From: Lingula anatina | Taxonomy: Eukaryota > Animalia > Brachiopoda | NCBI GenBank assembly: GCA_051362555.1 | Contig: CM120640.1 | Coordinates: forward strand, 1,984,001 to 2,048,000 | Length of the DNA stretch: 64,000 nt | Direction of reading: 5' to 3' | In this document: piece after piece, positions 14,001 to 25,299 of the stretch | How the letters are laid out: each line of letters starts with the position of its first letter | Position numbering within the stretch: the first letter of the stretch is position 1 | Program-made: the position numbers and the translations under genes | Notes under the pieces: model-generated | The model's database searches: none | What the model was told of the DNA's origin: nothing | The model's input: the letters and a program-made list of their open reading frames with translations, nothing else

Positions 14001-16816
14001 AGACAATGTGTTCAAAAATGACATTATTTCATCAAACTTGAACTTCTGAAACTTCAGAGCACCTCCTATTTCAAGAATTTTGACCAAAATGACATTTTCT
14101 TTATTTTAATTAATTTTTTCTGTACGAAATTTAAGGCACATTATGGTAACTCCAAAATTATAACATTTAGTCCCTTATATCTCCAAAACTGGCAGAGATA
14201 GGTCCATAGTTACTATTGAACTTGAATAGGAAGTCATATACTGGCAATCTAAATGTGACCTTAAAATTGACCTTTGACCTACTTTTCACCATGAACTGAA
14301 CTTTGCAAATTTTGCTTCCCTTTTATCTCCAAAACTGGCAGAGATAGGTCCATAGTTACTATTGAACTTGAATAGGAAGTCATATACTGGCAATCTAAAT
14401 GTGACCTTAAAATTGACCTTTGACCTACTTTTCACCATGAACTGAACTTTGCATGTAAAGCCCAATACTGGAGGTGGTCTCGGTTTTTTTGTATTCCATA
14501 CGGTTTTCGAGTTACGCTGTATCAAAAAGTACATATTGGTGGTAAAAGCAAAATGTGCAGTACGGTAATGGATAATAAATTTTGAACTCTGGAAAAATAA
14601 AACATAAGGCTTGGCAAAGCAGACAACTTGTGTTCAAAAATGACATTATTTCATCAAACTTGAACTTCTGAAACTTCAGAGCACCTCCTATTTCAAGAAT
14701 TTTGACCAAAATGACATTTTCTTTATTTTAATTAATTTTTTCTGTACAAAATTTAAGGCACATTATGGTAATTCCAAAATTATAACATTTAGTCCCTTAT
14801 ATCTCCAAAACTGGCAGAGATAGGTTCATAGTTACTATTGAACTTGAATAGGAAGTCATATACTGGCAATCTAAATGTGACCTTAAAATTGACCTTTGAC
14901 CTACTTTTCACCATGAACTGAACTTTGCAAATTTTTCTTCCCTTTTATCTCCAAAACTGGCAGAGATAGGTCCATAGTTACTATTGAAATTGAATAGGAA
15001 GTCATATACTGGCAATCTAAATGTGACCTTAAAATTGACCTTTGACCTACTTTTCACCATGAACTGAACTTTGCAAATTTTGCTTCCCTTTTATCTCCAA
15101 AACTGGCAGAGATAGGTCCATAGTTACTATTGAACTTGAATAGGAAGTCATATACTGGCAATCTAAATGTGACCTTAAAATTGACCTTTGACCTACTTTT
15201 CACCATGAACTTAACTTTGCAAATTTTGCTTCCCTTTTATCTCCAAAACTGGCAGAGATAGGTCCATAGTTACTATTGAACTTGAATAGGAAGTCATATA
15301 CTGGCAATATAAATGTGACCTTAAAATTGACCTTTGACCTACTTTTCACCATGAACTGAACTTTGCATGTAAAGCCCAATACTGGAGGTGGTCTCGGTTT
15401 TTTTGTATTCCATACGGTTTTCGAGTTACGCTGTATCAAAAAGTACATATTGGTGGTAAAAGCAAAATGTGCAGTACGGTAATGGATAATAAATTTTGAA
15501 CTCTGGAAAAATAAAACATAAGGCTTGGCAAAGCAGACAACTTGTGTTCAAAAATGACATTATTTCATCAAACTTGAACTTCTGAAACTTCAGAGCACCT
15601 CCTATTTCAAGAATTTTGACCAAAATGACATTTTCTTTATTTTAATTAATTTTTTCTGTACGAAATTTAAGGCACATTATGGTAACTCCAAAATAATAAC
15701 ATTTAGTCCCTTATATCTCCAAAATAGCAGAGATAGGTCCATAGTTACTATTGAACTTGAATAGGAAGTCATATACTGGCAATATAAATGTGACCTTAAT
15801 ATTGACCTTTGACCTACTTTTCACCATGAACTGAACTTTGCAAATTTTGCTTTCCTTTTATCTCCAAAACTGGCAGAGATAGGTCCATCGTTACTATTGA
15901 ACTTGAATAGAAAGTCATATACTGGCAATCTAAATGTGACCTTGAAATTGACCTTTGACCTACTTTTCACCATGAACTGAATTTTGCAAATTTTGCTTCC
16001 GTTTTATCTCCAAAACTGACAGAGATAGGTCCATAGTTATTATTAAACTTGAATAGGAAGTCCTATACTGGCAATATAAGTGTGACCTTGAAATTGACCT
16101 TTGACCTACTTTTTATCATGAACTGAACTTTTTTTCTCTTTTAACTTCAAACCTGACAGAGATAGGTTCATAGTTATTCTTGAACTTGAATATGAAGTCA
16201 TATACTGGCAATTTACTGTGACCTTGAAATTGACCCTTGACCTACCTTACGAAGAACTTAAATTTGATTGTACCATATATGTTTTTTGCAATAGTTTAAA
16301 AATTCTTGTTGATTGCATTTTTACAGCTTGTCAAGCACAAAACTGGTGGCTGTGTCCCTTATTTTGTGTATGTGGGGGTCTATACGAATGCGCTTGCTCC
16401 AGCTGGTGGTACAATATTCGGAGGCGGTATCGCCTCTCTGATCCTCTAGTTTATTTATTTTTTAGATCAAGAGGCTATATCCTAATGATCAGAAGAAGAA
16501 AAAAAGAGTAAAAAAAGTGTCCGTATTTTTCATTGGAGACAAAAAAAGGTATTTGATTTTGTGATTTGTTGCTTATATCTTTTTAATCTGTCTTAGGTTT
16601 CATGTGATAAAAGAATGCAATTAAGTGTTTGTCTTACTTTGAAAAGTAACAACTTTTAAATGACCTTTCCTTTCAGTTTTGTAGTTTGTTACAATCCCAA
16701 TAGGATCAAGCCTTTCCACGGTCCTAGGCATGAAGAGTATAAGGTATACCTTGGCATGCAAGTCACAAGCCTTAATTTAGGATCTTTGCTAGCTGAAAAA
16801 TTCAGTGTTAAATAAA

Positions 16817-16881
<65 letters not shown>

Positions 16882-19800
16882 TACATTTATTACAGTTATT
16901 GGAAAATATCTGCACTAATTTTAAGTGTATAATATGTCTTAGTGTATGTTTTTGCATGCAAGTTTGTTTTGAAATGAAACAAGGACACCTTCATCGTATT
17001 ATTCACAGATGCAAGGACTTCAGAGTGATCAGAAAGAGGGGTTTGAGGAAGCTTTGACTGCAGCTGAGGACTTCATCAGAAAGAGAGGACTGGGCCTGAT
17101 AGAGCCAGGGATTGGATACAGATATTTCTGTGACCCTGGTGAGAGGAATATAGTTTGTGCATTGGCCTTTCTTTGAGCTGAAGATGGCTTTAAGATCTTT
17201 TCCAAAAGCTAGATATAATTATTTTGTCCAATTTGTAAGTTTGACATCAGACTGAAGTTATAAGCTGAGGTAGAGAAAATTTCCTAGAGTAGTCCCAGAA
17301 AGACAACCATCACATGCAATGTTAAATAATGAAATATTTGTTACCATGATGTGGCTTTTGACAAGTATTTACAGGAATTCAGACTAACTTGATTCATCCG
17401 TCTTCCAAACTAGTGTCACAGTAGCATATTTGGCATTATGAATATAAAGATGTTATTTGGTCTTCTTTTCTCACCCCCTATGCACAGTGAGGCACTATTG
17501 TTCCTCAGACATATAACCCCTCTGTTACCAGTTTCTGACTTTTATGTCATTGTTCCTTATGTTTGATTAATTGATTTTCCAGATTATGACTCTCCCGTGC
17601 AAGAGGATGAACTCAGAGACAGCAGCCCAGAGAAAGATATGGTACCAGAAAGGAGTAAGTTAATCTGCCATATTACAAGTAAACTTGGCATGTGTGTTGT
17701 GGGAAATGAAATATGTGTTATTTATGTATATATTCCTACTAAACCCACAGACTGCTAAACCTTAGATCAGTATCTCAATATATACAACTAGCAGCACAAG
17801 CAAAAAGTGCCCATCACATTTCTTAATCTGTATATGCTAATACAAAAGTATCTACTATATTAATTATTTATTTATTTATTTTGTATTTCTTATACCATGT
17901 AAACAAACAGTATCATAAAAAGCAGCATAGGCGGCCAACAGTGTAAACATGTTACATTATAAACTGAATAAATTATTATTATTATTATTATTATAAATTG
18001 AATAAATTATTATTAAGCCTTCAGTGACAAATGTGGTATCATGCTGATGACTCTGAACCCTGTGCCTATTTTAACAGAATGTTAATAACTGTGGATTTGC
18101 TTGTTTCATATTCATTAAAGTACCCAGCAGCTTTCATGAGTTGTTTGAATGGTTTTGTAGTTTCAAGTGAATCCTATTTAAAGTTACTGGTGTATTATCC
18201 ATTCATTAACTTTGATATATAATACTTATATTTTTGAAATATTTATTATAAGTATTTTTCTTTATTTTTTTTAGCTGAAAGTGTTGCCAAATCAACTGAT
18301 GAAGAATCTGTTGAGACAGAAGAAGAGGAAGCACCTGTTAGCCAACAAGAGAAGCAGGCTATGGATTCAGAGTGAGCACTGAAATATTTGCATTTTCACT
18401 TCATTAACTGATAGCTCTTTTGCATTGGAAATAATTTTTTATATCAATTAAGATTTGCTTAAATTAAAACTACAAGAAAACTCATAGTTTGAAGTAGTTT
18501 TTTATGTATGTTATATCATCGTGTTAAAAAGAGAAAAATGTAAATTTGAAAATGATTATATTCTTTGTCCACAGGTTGAAGAGAAACGAGAAAAACTTAA
18601 AACTTATAGAATTCATCAAATCTGATACCATGAAAGTGAGCATCTTTTTTATTTCCTTTGAATATGATAAAAAAAATTTAAGGCAATTAAAAGTGACTTT
18701 TTTAAACAGTGTTATAAAACTTATAAATAATACAGCACTGGGTTATGCTGCATAATAATGAAAAATAACTCTTCAATTTATGTGCCTTCAAGAAATTGTG
18801 AAAGTAGTAGCTCACTATTTAATTTTAAATGTTCTTCCAATTACATTGAAGATTTAGCTTTTAAATTTTAATTGTATTGAAAATCATTCTTGCTAGGAAT
18901 ATCTGACCAAAATTTATCATGGAGAAAAGCAATGTGATAGACACGAACAGCACAAAAAATGTGACAGTCAGAGACAGAAGATGAAACGGCAAGGTACCGG
19001 ACCAATAACTGACGAGGATCAGGTACAGACGTGATCTTTAATGTCATAATATGTATCATAAGGCCAAAGTGCAAAAAACTTTATCAATAGAAAAAAAATT
19101 GATAAGATTAATTAATTGGCTATGAAAGTGATCAAATTTCATTTTTTTTTTTTTTTTTACTTCAAATTTTTGTACTCTTTGATGTCACAGTGATTTAGAA
19201 CATTCCTTTTTTTTTTTCTTTTTTATTTTGGTGGTAAATAGAATAACACTGTTTGCAGTATTCATTCTACAATTATCATATCGAGAAATGTTGGATATTT
19301 TATAGCTTGAAGAAATCCACCACTGTTTGAGTTCTCTGTACAGATCAGTTAGTGGTTCAGACAAACTGGATGACTACTCTCTCAGTTATGTCATGGATGT
19401 TTGGCTGGTAGAGGTAAGACAAGTTGATAGACTTGAGGAAATTTCACTTAAGATTTTTGCTATTTTGCTGAGGATTTATGACAAAAATAGCTGAACACAA
19501 GGGTCCAGTTTCATCAATTTTGGATAGATATAATTACTCATTGGTGAAAATAGATAGCTAATCAAGAGGATATCCATGTTTCCTCAACATAGGACACCAC
19601 TATCCAGCATTGATGAAAAACAGGCCCAAAGCGTTTAGAACAAAAAGTATTAAGAAGTGAGTGCAAAATATTGTTCTGTTTTTATCTACCGATTTTAATG
19701 CAGAGGTGATTTTTTTACTTCATTAATTATCAAAAAACATATGAATGAAGTTTTGTAACTGTATTATGCCTGAACTAAGTGCTATACACAGTTTTAATGT

Positions 19801-20761
19801 ATTGAATGGAATCTTTCAGGCCATCATCTATGCTCTGATCAAAGTGAAGGGTTACAACAGGGGCAGGGCGGAGGAGATGTTTAAGAAGGGAGCGTGGATC
19901 TACAAGGCAGAGAAGGTACTGGAACACAAGATGATGTTGGAAACTACACACAAGGAAGAAGATGAGGAGGAGGAAGGTAATACAGACTAGATATGGCTGT
20001 ATTTACCAGACTGAGTATGGCATATAAGGATGAGGGAGCCAATACAGACTAGATATAGCTTTATTTACCAGCATGGTATGTAAGAATGAGGAGGAAGGTA
20101 ATACAGACTAGATATGGTTTTATTTACTAGTTTTGTATATAAGTAGGAGAAGGGAGCCAAAACAGGCTAGTAATGACTTTATAAGATCAATATGATATGT
20201 GTTACTGGAGAAATCGGAGTGAAACTTGGCTGAAACTTGATGTTTGCATAGATTTCACTTAGTAAAAGTCGGAATATGCATTATATTGCAGTCAGTGGCA
20301 ACTCCGTTTTTAAATTCGAAAATTGCTTATGAAATGAAGCCCATAACTTTATGTGTGAAATGAAATGTGGGTTATGCTTGATTTATGTATAATTTGTTAA
20401 TTATAATAGAAGTAGGGGAAGGATGCATTTTGGATAGCATAGTAATTTTTTTGTTAAAAAATGACATGGTGCCTTATGATTCAGTAGTTATATAGAAGAC
20501 GACAAGAAATTACTGAGGATATCTTTACAAGCAATATTGTGCCACTGTGTTTGGATATATAGAAAGGACAGCTTTATATGAGAGGTCTTTAGAAGACTAG
20601 TCATTGAATATTGGTTTTTATATAGGTGTACATATATCTTGTTGTAAAGCCACGTCTTTGTGAGGAACAGTGCATTTATACCAGTTGTTGTAATGTGATG
20701 ACCTGAATTTTTTTCCCACTTTTAATCAGAGTTAATGTTTTTATTTGCAGGTGTAATGTAG
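2027..20761 (+). CDS. PWWP3A/MUM1 (EXPAND1)-like chromatin/DNA-repair factor with two PWWP domains
   Basis: Phase-consistent exons: 2027-2089 (MYQEQDIVWVKIPRYPWWPAV), 2422-2510, 2662-2738, 3049-4285, 4869-4951, 5237-5303 (FEVNDVVWVKVRNYPFWPCV), 16466-16548, 16677-16743, 17009-17138, 17583-17654, 18275-18371, 18575-18635, 18897-19022, 19306-19413, 19820-19976 and 20751-20761 (or unspliced stop at 19990). The C-terminal YVMDVWLVEAIIYALIKVKGYNRGRAEEMFKKG matches the MUM1/PWWP3 C-terminal helical motif (DVLLPEAIICAI...AEEKYIKG). AATAAA at 20821. Confidence 0.8.
4290..4537. mobile_element. PIF/Harbinger-like MITE (family A), diverged copy
   Basis: Termini ..CATTCCCACAGAT and ..ATGGGAACCCAGTC flanked by TAA/TAA. 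Internally homologous to the copies at 28839, 35916 and 62687. Confidence 0.75.
4547..4711 (+). mobile_element. Old short interspersed TIR-like element (family B)
   Basis: Begins CTGGGGTAGTGCTAGCAATTTT and contains the hairpin ATTTGACTAAAACAAGTCAAAT. An inverted homologue is split at 50422-50560 plus 56375-56396. Confidence 0.6.
6758..16449 (+). mobile_element. Non-autonomous Helentron-associated (HINE/DINE-1-like) element, family 1, expanded to ~9.7 kb
   Basis: 5' subterminal repeat TATTGTACCACCAGC (6758-6772) forms a hairpin with the adjacent GCTGGCGGTACA. It is followed by a (CCGGCTCCG)n microsatellite, internal tandem repeats, the inverted 3' subTIR GCTGGTGGTACAATA (16402-16416), the stem-loop GAGGCG-gtat-CGCCTC and a CTAG end in T-rich flanks. 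A second copy lies at 53083-55310. Confidence 0.85.
7765..16250 (+). repeat. 146-bp satellite (about 40 monomers) in 9 blocks separated by a repeated ~345-bp spacer
   Basis: ATCTCCAAAACTGG recurs at 7767, 7913, 8059 and onward (period 146). The spacer beginning GCATGTAAAGCC recurs at about 7418, 8477, 9097, 10697, 11317, 12231, 13830, 14450 and 15364. Confidence 0.95.
16817..16878. repeat. (TC)n microsatellite
   Basis: Direct reading. Confidence 0.95.
19501..19627. mobile_element. Small degenerate MITE
   Basis: Imperfect ~27-bp inverted termini GGGTCCAGTTTCATCAATTTTGGATAG / CTATCCAGCATTGATGAAAAACAGGCCC. Confidence 0.5.
19966..20180 (+). repeat. ~60-bp degenerate tandem repeat (x4) of an exon end and donor region
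   Basis: AATACAGACTAGATAT at 19979, 20041 and 20100, and degenerate at 20159. Units alternate GAAGGTAA and GGAGCCAA. Confidence 0.8.
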
Positions 20762-22657
20762 AGTTAAGCATTGAAATATTGTGTAAAACACACTAATTAT
20801 ACAATTTATTTCATGTGTTAAATAAAACAGGAATGTATTTATTCAAGTACTAGTATAGGTCTAGTTATATAGATCATAAGTTATTGTTTTTGATGTTTAT
20901 GTGAATATCAAGACATTTTGCAAGTTTTTAAATTTCCTGCTACTTGTTACCAATTTTTGATATTGCTGGGAAACAAAAACCAGTGTTAGTCCTTTGATTT
21001 GGCAACCAGTGCTGCTAGAAAAAAAATCATTTTCATTTTGTTCATAGTTTATCTGGCTTTCCTCTGTAAACTTGACTGTTTAAGTGGGGAGACTTTGTGG
21101 GGAGACTGTCTTAAAAATAACATTTAAAAAAGAAGTAAATAAATAAGAGCTGCACAAATTTTGATTTATGGGAATTTGATTGGCAGAGCAAATGGTTCTA
21201 AAACAAACTTTTTATTGCAAGTGCTTCATTCTTGAAGGAATTAAAAATTGGGAAAAATAACATAGTGCATGTAATTATTTGTATGTCTTATTATACAGGA
21301 TGCTGTTTAAATATTTAGTAAGAGCACCAGATATATTTACCTTAATATAAAATAATATTTTACCTAAAAGAAATGAGCATTATTTGTAAATAACTGTTGT
21401 TATCCACTGTTTTCCCAGGTAAACTGTTAAACTATTAAATACCCATGTGTAAGAGTCCAGAGCTGATGCAGTGAATTGGAAATAACTGCATAACTGCTAC
21501 TGTGTTGATGTGTCTCTGTTCACTCTTCGTTCCCACTTGATAGCTTCTTGCAAAATAAACATCCAGATATTGGAAATGAAACCAAAAATGAAGTATTTAT
21601 TTAGTTGTACATGTTGCTAATGTTGACGAAGTGAAGAACAAAACCATGATATAAATAAGACTGTTGCTTGGTTGTTTGTGTTTAAAATAGAAACTGACTA
21701 GCATTATATTAAGAAAATGTATGTAGGATATTAAAATTTTTCTCATCTGTTGCACATAGTATCTTTAGAAAAAATTGTGTTGGAATGAATAATTGCTGCA
21801 GAGTTCATTTAGAAGAATTGTTATTTCACTCAATTATTGTCAGATTATTGATGACATACTTTCTGCCAATGTGTAGATATACTCCCGTCTATTTCTTGCA
21901 TGTTATCCCATTTATTGTGTAAAAGTTCTGTAATAAAACATTTTTGCTTGAAAGTTTTCTTTCATATACCTTAGTTGACAGACAATATTTATGCAAATAT
22001 GGTAATGACACCACTTTTTCATTGGGAAAAAATTATTAAGCTTTCAGATACATTATTTTATAATCACAAAAATATTTTTGTGTAGCATTTGTGGTTCTTT
22101 TACTGCATAGACCAGAATTATAGAGTAGCCCGCTTTTATTATGATTATCATGTATTTTATTTATTATAATTATTTCTTTTTGCTACCACTCAATAGGAAT
22201 GTTCTAATTTTAAGAAATTATGCTTTAAAAATTACAGGATCTGTGCAATTCATAATTTTCCCCACAATGAAAAAGTCTGAGAAATTACCATGTTGCATGC
22301 ATCATTATTTCAGCAGACTATATCAAATGATGATATCAATTGTTGACCAAGAGAGTTCAATATCTATTGATAATAGGACTTGATAATCATAGCTGTACAG
22401 GTACTGACAAACTCGGCAAATTGACACTAACGAATTACATAAGTAAATGTCCCCAAATTCTTGGGACAAATGAATGTATATTATCTTTAATATTGTATAT
22501 ACTTATATAATTAGTAAATGTTACTGTAATAACATTTCGATTCATTTAGCTTCGAGAAGTGAAACAAAGAAATGGCAGTCCTCCATTTATATTCTGTCGC
22601 ACACAGTTGCATCAGGTTTGGTCTCAGTTGATTGATACATTTACTTTTCTCTTTACT

Positions 22658-22693
<36 letters not shown>

Positions 22694-22770
22694 AAGGTGC
22701 CCCTCAAAAATCTACAAATATTATCCCTCGGATTTTTGTATGGGAGAGAAAATGGCAACAAACTGATATG

Positions 22771-23778
22771 TCATGGCTGCTGTTCCAGTGGCTGGGCATT
22801 ACTGGGTTGTGGCGGCAGCTGGTCCGTCTCCTCTATCTGCAGAGCATGAGAGACACTATAGATTTGATTGGATCTGCAGAAATGGCAGACAACGCTAAAC
22901 ATGGCTCTTGTTTCATGGCGAAATCTTGGTCCACTGACGATGTACAACAAAAAGTTAATAGAATGATGAAAATATTCTAGAACACTCAAAACTGAAAACA
23001 CCAAGTGTTTGACATCACTTTCCTCCATGGAGTGATCGAAAATAAAAAATATTGCGATTGGCATTTTTGTGAGGCAGTAGCCAATGCTAACACTGATCAG
23101 CATGGCGGTCATTGATGTTATAGCGTGGTTGCCAGACTTGGCTTTGTTGCTGTATTTGTTGTGAAATCTGGACCTCACCAGTGTAGATATGATCATTCCG
23201 TTACTTGTAGAAATAATAACCAGAGGAATCAGTGTGGAGAGACTTAAATCCAGCCAGGGAAAAATCCATTTTCGAAAACTTTCATCAATTATGTTACATG
23301 TGTTGTTATTAGGTACATTCATTATTTTGACTGTCCACAAAAAGTGGGAATAAATAGCACAAATCAGCAAAGTTAAAACTGTCACAACAATGGCGGCTTT
23401 TCGTTTGTTACAAATGAATTTGGCTGTGTATGGCAGACGGACATAAATACATCTCTCAACTGTTAAAGCTGACAAGATCCAGGATGACAAGCAGATGGCG
23501 CTGTACAGGAAAAAAAGATGGAAGGCACACGCCAAATCTGACTCCAGCCTTGGGTCCGTGTTCCCGTTGTAGATGATCAGATGTCGCGTGAGTCCCATGT
23601 ACAGAGCTATGGTATCTACCACAGCCAGAACTGTGAAGTAGAGAGATGCTGACAATACAGCCATTCTTTTCCTCTGTAAAATACAGATACAAAGTACATT
23701 ACCAACAGTACCAATGCTCAGCAACAGTGGGGCAAATATCTTCCAGATCCATTCAATCACAGTGTGGAGCTCTGCCAT
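22771..23778 (-). CDS. Rhodopsin-class 7TM GPCR (FMRFamide-receptor/GPR139-like peptide-receptor group), copy 1
   Basis: Seven hydrophobic segments with GN in TM1, LAVVD in TM2, ERC in place of DRY, and INFLLY..SG.RFR after TM7. First in-frame ATG is at 23778; the ORF track starts at TTG 23805. Confidence 0.9.
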   Translation of the reverse strand: MAELHTVIEWIWKIFAPLLLSIGTVGNVLCICILQRKRMAVLSASLYFTVLAVVDTIALYMGLTRHLIIYNGNTDPRLESDLACAFHLFFLYSAICLSSWILSALTVERCIYVRLPYTAKFICNKRKAAIVVTVLTLLICAIYSHFLWTVKIMNVPNNNTCNIIDESFRKWIFPWLDLSLSTLIPLVIISTSNGMIISTLVRSRFHNKYSNKAKSGNHAITSMTAMLISVSIGYCLTKMPIAIFFIFDHSMEESDVKHLVFSVLSVLEYFHHSINFLLYIVSGPRFRHETRAMFSVVCHFCRSNQIYSVSHALQIEETDQLPPQPSNAQPLEQQP

Positions 23779-24291
23779 TGAAATCAGAAATGATCCCACA
23801 TCCAAAATCTGTTGATGTTCTAATGTGCAGAGAACTTGATCCTTCCTACTTTTTGTTCATTGTGGAAAAGTGAAATGATAATTCAAATATATAGGAATTG
23901 AGGCATGTTTCAGTAGCTTGCTCATTGTGGAAGTTGCTCTGTGACACTCATTATATTATGATAAGGCTTATTATAAACCTTATCATAATATGCTTATTAT
24001 AAACCTTATCATAATATATTGCTTTATGAGGCTTCAGCAGGCAAAATTTTTATTATTTTGTAAAAGACTTTTCCTTTCCATATTCAGCCTTTGAAGAAAC
24101 CATGCTTTCTTTTGAAGTAGGTACTCAAGCTATTTATTTTTAAAAGTTACTAAAAGATGTGAATTATTTTTTCAAGTAAAATCTGTAAATTATATTTTGG
24201 AAATAGTGATAGCCAAGAAGTGAACAAAAAACCCTAGGTTATTGGCCCCTAGGTTTTTATATTGTAGAGAAAACAGCAACAAACTGACATG

Positions 24292-25299
24292 TCATTGCGG
24301 CTGTTCCTGTGGCTCAGCATTTCTGGGTTGTGGCGGCAGCTGGTCCGTCTCCTCTATCTGCAGAGCATGAGAGACACCATGGATTTGATTGGATCTGCAG
24401 AAATGGCAGACAACACTAAACATGGCTCGTGTTTCTTGGCGGAATCTGGGTCCACTGACAATGTACAACAAAAAGTTAATAGAATGATGAAAATATTCTA
24501 GAACACTCAAAACTGAAAACACCAAGTCTTTGACATCACCTTCCTCCATGGAGGGGTCGAAAATAAAAAATATTGCAATTGGCATTTTTGTGAGGCAGTA
24601 GCCAATGCTAACACTGATCAACATGGCGGTCATGGATGTTGTAGCATGGTTGCCAGGCTTGGCTTTGGTGCTGTATTTGCTTTGAAATCTGGACCTCACC
24701 AGTGTAAATATGATCATTCCATTGCTTGTAGAAATAATAACCAAAGGAATCAGTGTGGAGAGACTCAAATCCAGCCAGGGAAAAATCCATTTTCGAAACC
24801 TTTCATCGATTATGTCACATGTCCTGTTATAAGGTTCATCGGCTATTTTGACTGTCCACAAAAAGTGAGAATAAATTACACAAATCAACAAAGTTAAAAC
24901 TGTCACAACAATGGCGGCTTTTCGTTTGTTACAAATTAACTTGGCTGTGTATGGCAGACGGACATAAATACATCTCTCAACTGTTAAAGCTGACAAGATC
25001 CAGGATGACAAACAGATGGCGCTGTACAGGAAAAAAAGATGGAAGGCACACGCCAAATCTGACTCCAGCCTTGGGTCCGTGTTCCCGTTGTAGATGATCA
25101 GATGTCGCGTGAGTCCCATGTACAAAGCTATGGTATCTACCACAGCCAGAACTGTGAAGTAGAGAGATGCTGACATTACGGCCATTCTCTTCCTCTGTAA
25201 AATACAGATACAAAGTACATTACCAACAGTACCAATGCTCAGCAACAGTGGGGCAAATATCTTCCAGATCCATTCAATTACAGTGTGGAGCTCTGCCAT
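24292..25299 (-). CDS. Rhodopsin-class 7TM GPCR, copy 2 (tandem paralogue)
   Basis: Same length and motifs as copy 1, offset by 1521 bp. First in-frame ATG is at 25299. Confidence 0.9.
   Translation of the reverse strand: MAELHTVIEWIWKIFAPLLLSIGTVGNVLCICILQRKRMAVMSASLYFTVLAVVDTIALYMGLTRHLIIYNGNTDPRLESDLACAFHLFFLYSAICLSSWILSALTVERCIYVRLPYTAKLICNKRKAAIVVTVLTLLICVIYSHFLWTVKIADEPYNRTCDIIDERFRKWIFPWLDLSLSTLIPLVIISTSNGMIIFTLVRSRFQSKYSTKAKPGNHATTSMTAMLISVSIGYCLTKMPIAIFFIFDPSMEEGDVKDLVFSVLSVLEYFHHSINFLLYIVSGPRFRQETRAMFSVVCHFCRSNQIHGVSHALQIEETDQLPPQPRNAEPQEQPQ

Noticed and set aside
7285-15623. Repeated short ORFs (MVKILEIGG..., MGFTCKVQF..., MYFLIQRNS...)
   Set aside because: They are by-products of the repeated HINE spacer and satellite: non-ATG starts, frameshifts between copies and no domain similarity.
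7765-16250. CRISPR-like or prokaryotic repeat-spacer array
   Set aside because: The spacers are identical rather than unique, the units are 146 bp, no cas genes are present, and the context is a spliceosomal intron.
16689-16886. ORF with an ERERER run, and the YIYIYI ORF at 61683
   Set aside because: Microsatellite translations.
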